Below the pieces are notes generated by a model. It searched no databases. It worked only from the letters and a program-made list of their open reading frames with translations, and was not told the origin of the DNA. Positions 63,947 through 64,000 of a stretch of DNA of 64,000 nucleotides are shown in pieces. Each line of letters begins with the position of its first letter. Positions within the stretch are counted from its first letter, which is position 1. Position numbers and translations under genes: made by a program. Location: the sequence record NC_061445.1; one strand, written 5' to 3'.

Positions 63947-64000
63947 ATGGAAATGTTTTCGCTTGGCCTTGAAGTCAGGGCCATTCGAACTGTTACGAAC
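63947..64000 (+). CDS. 5' fragment of the next gene
   Basis: AGGGG SD, ATG, open to the window end (MEMFSLGLEVRAIRTVTN). Confidence 0.5.
   Translation, partial: MEMFSLGLEVRAIRTVTN

Noticed and set aside
1-64000. Stop-codon reassignment or programmed frameshifts
   Set aside because: Genes tile densely in the standard code, with TAA, TGA and TAG all used as stops and no interrupted conserved genes.

Overview
64 kb from a large lytic dsDNA (jumbo-type) bacteriophage, probably infecting an enterobacterium. About 95 tightly packed genes all lie on the + strand, with many TAATG/ATGA stop-start overlaps and about 49-50% GC by eye. No tRNA, rRNA, CRISPR array or integrase was seen. Recognisable genes: RecA/UvsX with a 344-aa intein, an AcrVA2/FinQ-like protein, a ribbon-helix-helix protein, a small GNAT, a KptA/Tpt1 RNA 2'-phosphotransferase, a radical SAM enzyme, a DksA/TraR zinc finger, the UvsE UV endonuclease, dUTPase, an SLT transglycosylase, an HD hydrolase, a histone-H1-like Lys/Ala protein, two type IIA topoisomerase subunits, an HNH-like protein and a divergent sigma-like factor. 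The gene content recalls the Erwinia/Dickeya Y3/JA11/AD1-like jumbo myoviruses; this is from memory and unverified. Main findings: (1) About 9 proteins carry a short helix-extended-helix (Rho-N/SAP/LEM-like) module joined to long Asp/Glu tracts, clustered with an H1-like protein and topoisomerase II, a candidate phage chromatin or condensate system. (2) A sequence-visible regulatory grammar: 11 copies of a TGGWCA box 31-33 nt upstream of TGn-extended -10 hexamers, a CTGTAAAYA motif resembling T4 late promoters, and 11 Shine-Dalgarno sites held in the loop of covarying hairpins. (3) An AcrVA2-like protein in a phage whose likely host lacks Cas12a. All family assignments come from motif recognition by eye; no database searches were run.
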